A stretch of 64,000 nucleotides of DNA, taken from assembly GCA_012295275.1 (NCBI GenBank), contig CM022675.1:7130001-7194000 (forward strand), in the 5' to 3' direction. The notes under the pieces were generated by a model, which saw only the letters and a program-made list of their open reading frames with translations, had not been told where the DNA came from and made no database searches. Below, in pieces: positions 1 to 11,190 of the stretch. A program made the position numbers and the translations under genes. The DNA comes from Chrysomallon squamiferum (Eukaryota > Animalia > Mollusca). Numbering within the stretch: the stretch's first letter is position 1; each line of letters opens with the position of its first letter.

Positions 1-2
1 AG

Positions 3-3000
3 CTTAAGAAGCAGACGGTTACCCCGTGTTACAACCTTCCGGACGGAAAGGAAAGTCTGTTAGACGAGAAGTTCATGAAGCTGCCTGACACAAGAAACTT
101 GAATTACGAGTTCGGTGTCCACAATGTGTACCAGGTGCAGCACGAAACCCAGGGCATGCCGCAGAAGAGCAAAAGCATGATTCACGAAATTCAGAGAAAG
201 CCGCACGAAACTCAGAGCTTGCCTGTTGAAAAGATTCAAAGTGCGCCGTGCAGAACTCAAAGCATGCCACACAATGCACAATGTGTGTCGCACAAAAGTG
301 AAAACTTTGACCGAGAAAGTCAAATTTTGGACCTTCGGAAGTCTAAACTGCCGATGCAAAGAACACAGAAGCAGACACAAGAAGCAGATACTCTACTACA
401 GGAGCTTGATGTGAAGAAATACAGCTCTGCAGAGTCTAATGCCCTATCACAGGAATCAGATGTCAGTTATAAACAAGCAGAAAGAAACTGGAAAGAATAT
501 AACACACAGTTTCAGGCATTCAGTGTAAATCAGCATGATCCAGATACGAAACAGCAGGAATTAAATATAAAACAGCATGAGCCAAATATGAAAATTCAGG
601 ATTCAGATACAGTGCAGCTTGAATCAAATATAAGACCATATAAATCAGATACAAAAGCATATCAAATTAAACTGCGTGGATCAAATACAAAATTGTCTGA
701 AACGGATGTTAAACTGAAGAAATCGTTTACAAAACTGCTGGCATCAGAGGTCAGACACCCTGGATCTAATACCAAAGAGGAAGAATCAAATATCACACAG
801 AAGGAATCAAATATAAAACAGCATGAATCAGATCCAAAATCAAAGGAACTTAAAACAAAACATTCAAAGACAAATGTTCAAGAAGGAAATGCTAAACTTT
901 TTGAACCAAACATAAAACTGTTTGACCCAGATGTAAGATTGCAACAGCTTAATGTAATCATGCAGGAGCCACATTTAAAACTGCAAAAGGTTGGTCTCAA
1001 GTTGCGTGAATCCAAAGTGGGGAAAACCAAACCAAATGAATTCAGACTGGAAGACGCTGATGTCAAGCCAATGGAGAGTTCAACTGATGTCAGAGCAGAC
1101 GACAGCAGCACAAGTGTTGAAGGTCTGAAGCTGATGGAACTTCAGAGTGAGCTGACAAAGATTCAGCAGCAGCTGAAGAATCGTTTTGATATAATGGCGC
1201 ACGGCGAGATCCAGCCAATAGATGAGCCCATCCCTGAACGTAAAAAGAGACTCCGCTCAGCAAGACCGACTAAGAGTTCACAAACAGATTTGAAGAAGCC
1301 CAGGCTGGAAGAAGAACTCGACACAATGTGGGGCCCAATTCAGGTGACACCTGGCAGCAATTTTAGATTGAAAAAGCCAAGCAGGATATCGTTCACTTAT
1401 CTGAATGACATGGACATTGATGATCTGTACGCCGAGTCGAATAATTACTTGAAAACAGCATCTGAAGACACAGACCAGCAGGAGAGTGGACTGCCAAAGA
1501 CAAGGAAAGTAAGCTGGCTTCAGCTGACACCAAACAGCAGCTGGGAACAGGCTCCGAATCAGATAAAAGCGTTTGTGCTAGAACCCAAGGATAACGAATT
1601 GGTTCACGTGGATAATTTTCCTGATCCTTATCATATGGCTGGTGCTTATTCGTACGCCTATCCCTTCACTAATGAAAGAACTGCCACTGGTGCGAAGAGT
1701 GGTCTCCAGCACAGGAAAGCTGAACGACGCAGGAAGGAAAAGGCAAAGAGAAACAAGACGCACATGTGCGTGTACCATGCCAAGTCTGACACTGAGGAGA
1801 CTGTGGAATCCCAGTCAGAAGGAGACCCACGGGTGGATTCCCAGAGTGAGGAGCAGGCAGAAGGAGCCGAGTACAAACTAGCACGACCAAAGAGCAGCAA
1901 GATGGTTCAGTTCGTCTTCCTAGGACAGACAGACTCGGAGATGGAAGGCAGGACGGGGACCGAAGAATCAGAATGTGAATACCAGGAGAAGTGCGAAAAA
2001 TATCTCAAACAGATGGAGAGTGAAATGAAAGACCAGATCAGACATACTAAGTCAGACACGTCAAAGACAGTTTCCTGGGCTGAGCAGAAAAACAGAGAAG
2101 CAGCTGTGAAGGAGATGTGTATTTCTGAACCACTGGGCTCGGTTTCTCATTCAGACAGCTCTCCAGTGAATGTTGATAGGAAATATTCAAGAACTGCAAA
2201 AAGCCGTCCAGAGGTTGACAGTAATAGAGGCAGAGATCAGGGAAACATTTCTGATGGCCCGAAGGTGGATGTGTTAAAGTTTGTTGTTGTGGACGATCCT
2301 GCTTCTGAACAACAGACTGATGCTGAAAAGAAAAGAGGTGAGGAAAATGATCCAGCATTGGACAGCAAATTTATGAAAGCCAGATCCGGTAGATACAAGC
2401 TTGTGTCCTGTATTTCACCTCGGAGTAAGAAACACGGAGAGAGGTCAGATGTGGTTTCAGAACATAAGAAGCCAGAAACACATTCCCAAGAAAAGCCTGA
2501 TGAGATGACAAAGATGAAGCCAACTTTGGCTGATTATCAGAAAGCTGATGATGGAAGCAGGATCCTGGATCGTAATTACAGGAAAAAAGACGTCCAGTTT
2601 GAAAGCACTGAATCAGAGCTTGGCAGTAAAAATAATACAGCATCAAAGTTGAAAAAATTCCATTTGAAAACTTGTGCGTCTCCATGTAAGGCAAGCAAAT
2701 CTGAAACCAAACCGTCAGTCAAACATTCCGATCGTGGTGCTTCATACTTAGACACACAACCACAAGGTGTCACAGAACCACTCGAGAGTTCTGAAGTGCA
2801 AGAGTTAGCTGGCTCCAAGCAGCATGATCCAGTAGAGTCCAAAGCTGAACAGCAGCAGTGTAGATCACGCATTTTAACAGAGCAAGATGAACAAAAACAG
2901 TTTAAGACTGACATGCTGATTGAAAGAAGGGAGCTTCTTGGTTCATTATTTGATGACATGTTGGATAGCCAACAGAAACATGAACAGTGGCTCAAAGAAA

Positions 3001-3275
3001 CAGAGAGCCATCAGTTATCTGAGAAGAAGAAACTTACTGAGCCGTTGATGGATGAGTTTCAAAAGAAGAAAACGGGTGAGTTTGAAGTCAGGAAATCTCG
3101 TGATCTATTGATGGGTGAATTTGAAAATAAGATATCCTTTGATTCATTGAAGGATGATTCTGATAAGAAGAAATCCCATGATCAACCAAAGGGTGATTTT
3201 GAAGAGAAGAAATCCTTTGATCCACCAAAGAGTGAATTTGAGAAGAAGAAATCTGCTGATCCACCAAAAGAATGA
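3..3275 (+). CDS. Intact 5' part of a giant coding exon; large low-complexity, probably disordered K/E/S/Q-rich protein of unknown family (gene starts upstream of the window)
   Basis: The ORF 75..3275 frame stays open back to position 3 (LKKQTVTPCYNLPDGKESLLDEKF-M), so the ATG at 75 is probably internal. Over 1,080 stop-free codons, higher GC than the flanking introns, codon-periodic internal repeats. Confidence 0.85.
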   Translation, partial: LKKQTVTPCYNLPDGKESLLDEKFMKLPDTRNLNYEFGVHNVYQVQHETQGMPQKSKSMIHEIQRKPHETQSLPVEKIQSAPCRTQSMPHNAQCVSHKSENFDRESQILDLRKSKLPMQRTQKQTQEADTLLQELDVKKYSSAESNALSQESDVSYKQAERNWKEYNTQFQAFSVNQHDPDTKQQELNIKQHEPNMKIQDSDTVQLESNIRPYKSDTKAYQIKLRGSNTKLSETDVKLKKSFTKLLASEVRHPGSNTKEEESNITQKESNIKQHESDPKSKELKTKHSKTNVQEGNAKLFEPNIKLFDPDVRLQQLNVIMQEPHLKLQKVGLKLRESKVGKTKPNEFRLEDADVKPMESSTDVRADDSSTSVEGLKLMELQSELTKIQQQLKNRFDIMAHGEIQPIDEPIPERKKRLRSARPTKSSQTDLKKPRLEEELDTMWGPIQVTPGSNFRLKKPSRISFTYLNDMDIDDLYAESNNYLKTASEDTDQQESGLPKTRKVSWLQLTPNSSWEQAPNQIKAFVLEPKDNELVHVDNFPDPYHMAGAYSYAYPFTNERTATGAKSGLQHRKAERRRKEKAKRNKTHMCVYHAKSDTEETVESQSEGDPRVDSQSEEQAEGAEYKLARPKSSKMVQFVFLGQTDSEMEGRTGTEESECEYQEKCEKYLKQMESEMKDQIRHTKSDTSKTVSWAEQKNREAAVKEMCISEPLGSVSHSDSSPVNVDRKYSRTAKSRPEVDSNRGRDQGNISDGPKVDVLKFVVVDDPASEQQTDAEKKRGEENDPALDSKFMKARSGRYKLVSCISPRSKKHGERSDVVSEHKKPETHSQEKPDEMTKMKPTLADYQKADDGSRILDRNYRKKDVQFESTESELGSKNNTASKLKKFHLKTCASPCKASKSETKPSVKHSDRGASYLDTQPQGVTEPLESSEVQELAGSKQHDPVESKAEQQQCRSRILTEQDEQKQFKTDMLIERRELLGSLFDDMLDSQQKHEQWLKETESHQLSEKKKLTEPLMDEFQKKKTGEFEVRKSRDLLMGEFENKISFDSLKDDSDKKKSHDQPKGDFEEKKSFDPPKSEFEKKKSADPPKE
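141..1020 (+). repeat. Degenerate 21-nt / 7-aa coding repeat (HETQSLP, QHEPNMK, QKESNIK types)
   Basis: The translation parses into successive heptads, e.g. QHDPDTK QQELNIK QHEPNMK IQDSDTV QLESNIR. Confidence 0.75.
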
Positions 3276-3512
3276 ATTTGAAAAAAAATCCTTTGATCCA
3301 GAAAAGAGCGAAGTTGAAAATAAATCTTTTGATCCATTGGTGGGTAAATTTCAAAATAAGAAACCACTTGACTCAATGAAGGATGATTCTGAAATGAAGA
3401 AATCCTTGATCCACCAAAGGGTGAGTTTGAAGAGAAGAAATCTCATGATCCACCAAAGGGTGGATTTGAAAATAAGAAATCCACCAACCTATTGATAGAT
3501 GGATTTGAAGAC
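3012..3512 (+). repeat. 39-nt / 13-aa coding tandem repeat (consensus about EFEKKKSFDPPKG)
   Basis: Repeated tttgaagagaagaaatcc(t)ttgatccaccaaag-type units, about 12 degenerate copies. Confidence 0.9.
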
Positions 3513-5827
3513 TTCTCACCAGCATCTGAAGACCAGGTATACGGTAAGAGAAACCGTAAAGAAGGAGGCGCAAAGTTCCAGGGATGGGGCATGTTTATTC
3601 ATCATTCAGACGATGAAGAGAACAGAGTGAAAGCAGGCAGGGAGGCGAACACAAACAGAGGAAGTGACAGGTCTCTCAGATTCACACTGCTGGATGAGCC
3701 AGAAGTAGAACTGGTTTACAAAAAGTCAGACGATAAAGAGTTTAAAATTGAGCGAGACGATGGTGAGCAAGTACCTAAAACAGATCTGTATGCTGAACTG
3801 GAGGCAAAATATGAGAACAAGACCATCGTCAGACCACCGAAAATCAATCTGGACAAGTACCTGTCAGCACCCATACCTTCTGAGTGGGCCAAAATGAAGC
3901 TAGAGAGTGGTGATCAGGGGACAAGAAATCTCTGCAAGTTTACTTCCTTCACGAAGCTGGTGTAGACTCAGTGCCGAAGGAAATAGACCGAAGCATGAAT
4001 CAGCATCAGAGTGTACAGGAGGGGATTCTGCTGGGCTCACACCTGCAGGAAGGTGATGGCCAGGCGCAGAACAGCAGTGAAAACAGAGTGTCGGGCTTCT
4101 CCTACCTGCAGGAACCTCACATTGAACTGGTGCACAAGCTGCTGGACAAGTATCCAGAATGAACCAGACGTTCAGCTGGAGGAGAGGAGACGAGACATGT
4201 TCCCCGACCATCAGCAGAGCATGAAAGCGGGAAGGGCTCCTGTTTCTTGGCAGGATGTGGAACAGATGTCTCCTCTGTCTCAGCAGTATGTGGAGTGGTT
4301 GTCTCCTGTTTCACAGCAGTTTACGGAACAGATGTCTCCTGTTTCACAGCAGGATACAGAGCAGTTCTCTCCTGTTTCTCAGCAGGATGTGGATTCGGGA
4401 CATTCTCCTACATACAGGCAGCATAACAAGCTTAGATCTCCACACAAGAAAAAGAATCTGAGAATATTATCCACTTTCCAGAAAAGCAGTACAGTGGAAA
4501 CATCTCCTATCTCTCAGGAGTGTATGAAACGTGACCAGTCTCCTTCCAAGAACAAAGAGAAATCTCCTACATCTCAGAAAAGTACCAAGCAAGAAAGTTC
4601 TCCAACTAGTAAGAAAAGTGTGAAACTGAAACTGTCTCCTACTTCATGGAAAAGTAAAAAGCAAGAAGGTTCTCCTACCAGTAAGAAAAGTCTGAAACTG
4701 AAACTGTCTCCTACTTCATGGAAAAGTAAGAAAAAGAAGGTTCTCCTACCAGTAAGAAAAGCGTGAAACTGGAGCTGTCTCCTACTTCCAAGAAAGGTAA
4801 GAAACAAGAAGGAGCTCCTACTTCCGAAAAAGTAAGAAACAAGAAAGTTCTCCTACTAGCAAGAAAAGTGTTAAGCTGGAACCGTCTCCCACTTCTCAGA
4901 AAAGCACGAAATCGCGAGAGATCTCCTGCAAGTAAGAAAATGTTGTCACCAAGCACATCAGAGGCAAAGAAACGTTCTCCTGTTAAGAAAATGCAGCCTC
5001 AAGTTGAGCTCCTAGCTGAATCGTCTAGCAGAATTGAGCAAAGTAGAAATATCCAGGCCTATTTCATTGCGTCAGACCCCCAGGATGATGACCACTGGCG
5101 TCGGAGTCACAGCGAATGGCAGGGTAGAGATGCCAATACGTTCTGTCTTCCCTTGCAGTCACACGAAATGGACCAGGATGTCAAGAAATATTTCCTGCAG
5201 TCCTCACCTGAAGTGGACAAAGCTGAGCATGCTGTTGATAATGAATGGCAGGGCAGAGATGCCAAATCATTTTCATTCGAAACACTCAGTTGGCAACGAG
5301 CCAAAGAGGCTGGGAATTTATCCCATAACTCGGTACCCAGTCAGCACTGCAGAGAAATCGAAACTGTTTTCCTTCAGTCGCCATCTGAAAGGGAAGTAAA
5401 AGCATCGGTTGGCTCTGAGCATCACGGTGATGGCCAATGGCAGAACAAAGACTCCAGACCGTTTTACAATCAGTCGCAGGCTGAGCAGCGAAGCAGCAGA
5501 ATGGTTGATATGCCTGATTATAAATCCATCACTGGACAACATAGATACAGTTCTCGTAGAGAGTATCTGGATAAATCAGAGAACTACAGGCAGAATTCCC
5601 TGACAGAAGTGAACAAAGATGAGTCAGGTGATAGCCCGTCTGAACTGATTGCCGATGACCCAAGGGAATGTAGATTGGAAGGTGACCTGGGCTGTAGGGA
5701 AGCTGGAGATGGGTGTCATCATGAAAGCAGCAAAACACCAGAGAAGGATCAGCCATCAAAACTGGATAAGAAACCCACCAGGCAAGACACCTTTTGAAAA
5801 GAGGGGGAGAGAATAGCAGAAACTGAG
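3271..5827 (+). CDS. Continuation of the same giant exon, broken by seven 1-nt frameshifts and an in-frame TGA (consensus errors or a disrupted allele); ends at donor GAG|gtgagt
   Basis: The peptide repeats EFEKKKSFDPPKG and SPTSKKSVKLE continue across frame switches at ~3268, 3406, 4733, 4829 and 4912. Two more switches (~3918, ~4154) are inferred from which frame stays open. TGA at 5795-5797 is followed by 10 sense codons to a phase-0 donor that joins the next exons in frame. Confidence 0.75.
4237..4950 (+). repeat. 33-nt / 11-aa Ser-Pro coding repeat (SPVSQQDTEQM grading into SPTSKKSVKLE)
   Basis: tctcct recurs every 33 nt; the composition shifts from Q/acidic to K-rich along the array. 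Confidence 0.9.
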
Positions 5828-6065
5828 GTGAGTAATAATATTTTTTTTTTTATGAATTTATTTTTAAAAATCTGTCCATTAAGTGTTTGAAAAGTTGTGT
5901 AATTATTGGGTTCTTGGTTGTGTGTATTTTGTTGAACTACTTTGATGTGCGTGCATGCAGTGTGAGCATTTATTAATGTTAATTTTTTATAATCTAAAAT
6001 GTATTTTTGCTGGTTAATTGTGTAATTTTGTATCTCTGATTTTGAAACTGATGTTATTTTTCTAG

Positions 6066-6155
6066 TATGAATCTTCAGTATCCCTGCTGAGTAGTAGGGA
6101 CAGTTCTCCAGTTACTGGAGTACGGAGATCTGCATTTAGAAGGGTGTTGCAGTCG
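6066..6155 (+). CDS. Internal exon, 90 nt, phase 0-0 (YESSVSLLSSRDSSPVTGVRRSAFRRVLQS)
   Basis: tttttctag| acceptor, TCG|gtgagt donor, open and in frame with the giant exon donor. Confidence 0.85.
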
Positions 6156-6168
6156 GTGAGTAATAAAA

Positions 6169-6199
<31 letters not shown>

Positions 6200-6692
6200 G
6201 AATAAAAATTAAAAGCAGTAATGCTAAATGAAAGAAGGTCCTTCACAATAAAACATTCTTAAAACAAACAGCATGAAATTAAGTGTGAGTTGCTTGTGAA
6301 AAGCTGTTGTTGCATGTTATTGTGATTGCTGTTGTAGTTGTTTTAGTTGCATTGGTAATAATAAATGGTGCAGAGGTGAGCAGCAGTAACATTATCTTCA
6401 AATTTTAATTTTTATTGTATTATCAGCATCATCATCATCATCATTATTATTATTATTATTATTTTGTTGTTTTTTTGTTGTTATTATTACTACTATTTTT
6501 ATTACTATTATTGAAATTATTTTTATTTTTGCAATCTGTTAAGTCATCTGTTAAGTGCTTCCTCTGTAAAACCACCCCCTATCCTATCTAGTACCTCAAA
6601 GGAGATGAAATAAGCTTTTCTAACTATGGAAATTAGCAGCTGTGTTGAATTACTGTTAAAAACAAACTCATTTTTTTTTGTTTTTTTTGAAG

Positions 6693-6749
6693 GATTCCAG
6701 TCCACTGATCAAGGGCAAAAAGTCTCTGCAGACAAAGTCTGAACATGAG
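6693..6749 (+). CDS. Internal exon, 57 nt, phase 0-0 (DSSPLIKGKKSLQTKSEHE)
   Basis: Poly-T...gaag| acceptor, GAG|gtgagt donor, open frame. Confidence 0.85.
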
Positions 6750-6779
6750 GTGAGTATTGCTTTGTACACTGGTACTACT

Positions 6780-7540
6780 TGATACATGTATCTTGTGACA
6801 TTCTGTTCACAAGAACTAAAGAAGATTGTGGATGATGCATGTATCTAATGATATTCTGTTCACAAACTAAAGAAGATACTGTTTGACACATGTATCTTGT
6901 GACATTCTGTTTAAAATGAACTAAAAATGATAATGATATTCTGATTAAAAACTAAAGATGATACAAGATGATTCAGGGTCTAGTGTTATTTTTTTTTCAA
7001 ACTAAAGCTAAAATGATAGGTGTCTAGTGATATTCTGTTCATAAGATGATTTATGATTTGCTGTATCAATTAAAGTGGTGAGATGGTACTAAAAACATTA
7101 GATTTTGTACATAAAAATGAAACTACATGATTCATACATACTGAGCTTTTGTTAAAAATTTTATGTACAAACTAAAAATGGTACTACATGATTCAAGAGT
7201 CTTGTGATTTGCTGTATCAAAACCAAAGATGGTACTATATGACTATAAATGTATCTGGTAATAATTTGTACAGAAACTAAAGTCTGTTGTATCTGATAAA
7301 GATGTAGTGAGATTTTGGACAGCAAATACAGATGGTACTACATGATACAAATGTCTAGTAAGATTTTGTAAAAAAAACCAATAAGGATACTATATGATAC
7401 AAGAATCTAATGAGATTTTTAGCAAAGACTAAAGAAGGTATTACATGATACAAGTCTTGATAAATTTTGTACATAATTAAAGATGGTACAAATATCCAGT
7501 GAGATTTTGTACAAAAACAACAAATTTTACCATAAAATTT
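6780..7540. repeat. Degenerate intronic minisatellite, ~45-50 bp unit
   Basis: Repeated gataca..tatct.gtga.att.tgt...aaactaaaga.g.ta units. Confidence 0.75.
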
Positions 7541-7759
7541 CATTGGAATAAATACATATTCTGTAAATTTGTTTACAAAAACTTAATACAGATGATTCTC
7601 CAAAGGGAATATTTGATTAAGTTACACTGAATACAAGAATTTCACAGAGAAATAGTCCGTTTTATTTTGTAACCACTAAAACTGTAAATTCTGTCACATC
7701 ACTGCATCACTAGAGTCACTGAGATTCTCTTTCATTATTTTTCTGTTTTTGTTTTACAG

Positions 7760-7849
7760 GATCTGGTCTCGGGTTCATCTTCTGAGAAGAGCCTTTCTCT
7801 AGGGTCGAAAATATTTTCAAAATATCACAGAAAAAAGCATATATCTGAT
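7760..7849 (+). CDS. Internal exon, 90 nt, phase 0-0 (DLVSGSSSEKSLSLGSKIFSKYHRKKHISD)
   Basis: tttgttttacag| acceptor, GAT|gtaagc donor, open frame. Confidence 0.85.
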
Positions 7850-8354
7850 GTAAGCAATGTTAACACATTCATATTACTGTTCCAGCATTAGTGAATATTT
7901 TGTTACAGTTATTGCAAATGTGACCTGCATTTATAAAAGGCACTTAAAACAGTTGAAGGATAGGTTGTTATTTGTGTAAATAAGAAAGATGTAAGTTAAT
8001 GTAAAGCTATCTGAAATTGGGCAGCTGTAGTCTTTCTGGTTTCAGTTATTAATATTTAAGATTTGAAAAAAATTCAATGAAATAATATATAAATAAATAA
8101 ATAAATAGTAATAATGATACTATTAATAATAAAAATAATAATAACAGTAATAAATCAACAAAAATACTATCTTAGTCATACAGTTATTATCTCACATTAC
8201 TGTTTCCAATCAGATACAACATACACCATAGGACATTACCATTTTGTACACCAACACATACATACAGAAACACACATACACAAATATCTCTGAAAGGAAA
8301 GAGTTAAAAAAGAAAACCACTTTGATTTACTGAAACAGTTAAATTATATTTCAG

Positions 8355-8415
8355 AATCTGAATAAATCTTTTGACTCGTCAAATCAGTCAGATGACCTTG
8401 ACAGTAACCAGATTG
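8355..8415 (+). CDS. Internal exon, 61 nt, phase 0-1 (NLNKSFDSSNQSDDLDSNQI-G)
   Basis: atatttcag| acceptor, TTG|gttagt donor, open frame. Confidence 0.75.
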
Positions 8416-9974
8416 GTTAGTCAACTACAACCACAACAGCGTTTTTCTTTCTGAAACTTTCTGTGTTTTTTCTTTCTTTCAGTCTCTCCATTTCTTTTGC
8501 ACTTTGTTCCTTCATTATTTTTTTCTTTCTTTCTTCATTCTTATTCCTGTTTCTTTTTTTCTGTCATATTTTGTTTGTTAATGATATATTAGATAAAGAA
8601 AATTATTTATTATTCTTGTGATAATTGTAATGATCTACACAACATCAAATAATTAAATTAGTTCTTTTACTATATTTATTTGCAAAACAAAATAAAAAGC
8701 AATTTTTCAATATATACATTATTTGTAAATTAAGCTTTAAAAATATTATGTCATAATTATTAAACGTGTTTATTTGTTTATTTCAAAATCTTTATTATGT
8801 TTATATTCATTAAATGTTATATTTATTACTCAAAGACTTTGAAACATAAAATTTCGAAAAATAACGGAAATATATTAACATAGGAAAATGTTTCTGAAAT
8901 ATCTGTTATCAGCTACTACATACATTTAAAATTTACTTGAACTGCTATGTACTGATGGTTTAAATAGATTGTGTATGCTTCCAAGTTATAGTTTTATTAA
9001 TTAGTGATAACCAGTCTTTGCTAATAATAAAGTATGACAGTAAATTAATAAAGCTATGGCAGGTTAATGGAGGCTGTCATTTTTCATTTTTTTTCTTTAT
9101 GATGTCATGTCGAACATGGAAATGTAAAACATTACCAATACCTGATATTGAAAATCATCATTGTGAAGGTCCAAAATACTTAGTCTATCAAGGATGTTTT
9201 TAATTTCTATGTATGAGATGATGTCAACATTCACCTCGGCATGAGTTTTAGTTGTAAAATTTTATTGTTAGCAAAGGTTGGTGTCCAAAAAGGTTGAAGT
9301 GTACAAAAAGTACTTGCACACTTTGTTACTACTATTGCAGATAAATTTTAAGCAGTAGGATTTTATTTAAATTAAACTATTAATTAGTTTTTATTAATGT
9401 GAATCTATAAACAAAAATTTTAAAAATTAATAAATTTGAGCATAAAAATCTTTCTCATATTTTTATTTTTTTTTTATTTTTTTTATTTTTATTATTATTT
9501 TATTTTTTTATAGTTTTAATTCATGAAAATAAAAACTGTTTCAAAAAGAAATAATAGTATGCAGTATAAACAAAAACATGCACACACAGACATTCTCACA
9601 TACATATAGACACAATATACATAAACACAACCATATACTCACACATATCTGCACACATAAACCTATACTCACTTGCACATACTTAGACACACATACACAC
9701 ATACACACACACACACACACACTCACTCACATACACACATAAACACATTCACACAGAATAAACAATACTAATTTACAAGCACAGACAGAAGAAAACAGAA
9801 ATGTTGTAACAAACAGCATTTTAAACAGCTATTTAGTTTTTCAGCAGCAAGAATGTGTTTTTAGCACCCTCTTGTAAACAGGAAAATACATTAGAAAACC
9901 TTTTGTATGACAATTGTTGGAACAGGAAAATGGCTTAATCAGAAGACTGATGAATACAGATCTAGCAACCAAAA

Positions 9975-10790
9975 ACAGACATAGCAAAATGCTAGCATAG
10001 ACATAATAAAATACTAATACAGACATGATAAAATACTAATGCAAGACATAATACAATGTTAATAAGCCCAGTAAAAAACTAGTAGAGACAATAAAATCCT
10101 AGTACAGACATAGTGAAATGCTAGAATAGACATAGTAAAATACCAGTAAATGCTAGTACACAGTAAAATGCTGGTAAAGGCATAGTTAAATGCTAGAACA
10201 TAAATAGTGAAATGCTAATACACAATAAAAAATACTGATGCAGACAGTAAAATACTAATACATCCAGAAAAATGACAGTATAGGCATGGTAAAATGCTAG
10301 AACATACATAGCTAAATGGCAATACAGACAGTAAAATACTAATGCAAGACAATAAAATGTTAACAAGCACAGTAAAATACTAGTAGAGATAATAAAATGC
10401 TAGTACAAACATAGTGAAATACTAGAATAGGCATAGTAAAATGCTAAAACATACATAATGAAATGCTAGAATAGGCATAGTAAAATGCTAAAACATACAT
10501 AATGAAATGCTAGTACACACTAAAATACTAATATAGACAGTAAAATGCTAGTACAGACAGTGAAATACTAGAATAGGCATAGTAAAATGCTAAAGCATAC
10601 ATAATGAAATGCTAGTACACACTGAAATACTAATATAGACAGTAAAATGCTGGTAAAGGCATAGTGAAATGCTAGTATAGACAATGTAAAATGCTAAAAC
10701 ATGGTGAAATGCTGGAACACAGTTAAATGTTAGTACAAACTACTAAGATAGTTCATATATCAGAATAACACACTATAGTAGAGACAGAAA
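9975..10790. repeat. ~20-bp minisatellite (catagtaaaatgctag..ca)
   Basis: Dozens of aaatgctag/aaatactag units, with near-exact higher-order duplication at ~10420-10640. Confidence 0.9.
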
Positions 10791-10849
10791 ATTTTTTACA
10801 AACAATAGTTATACATAAAAATAGAACAGAAAGGAAAAATAAAAAAGCA

Positions 10850-10880
<31 letters not shown>

Positions 10881-11043
10881 TGCACACACAGACACACACA
10901 CATATATTAATAAATGATCAAATTCTTAACTTCACTGAAAAAAGAAACCAGAATCTTCTGAAAACCTAACTGAATCCCCTGTGTTCTTAACTGTGTGTGT
11001 AAAGTGGTGTGTTCTGACAGTAACTAGTTATCCCTGTGTGTGT

Positions 11044-11093
<50 letters not shown>

Positions 11094-11190
11094 TTTTTTC
11101 TCTACATTTCTAGGAAACAAAGGTTTTTTTTTTTTTCTTCTTTTAATATTTCCAGTTTTAGTTTTCCAAACTTAATAACACTTTCTCTAG

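Noticed and set aside
3261-3295. Canonical -1 ribosomal frameshift signal
   Set aside because: The first shift needed is +1, and I see no downstream stem-loop or pseudoknot. A chain of seven programmed shifts is implausible.
60-5759. Short antisense and alternative-frame ORFs overlapping the giant exon
   Set aside because: Shadows of the coding strand. The + strand ORFs at 3154, 3492, 3971, 4011 and 4763 are fragments of one frameshifted exon, not separate genes.
5795-5797. Selenocysteine decoding of the TGA
   Set aside because: Disordered acidic context, no redox motif, and no SECIS element that I can identify.
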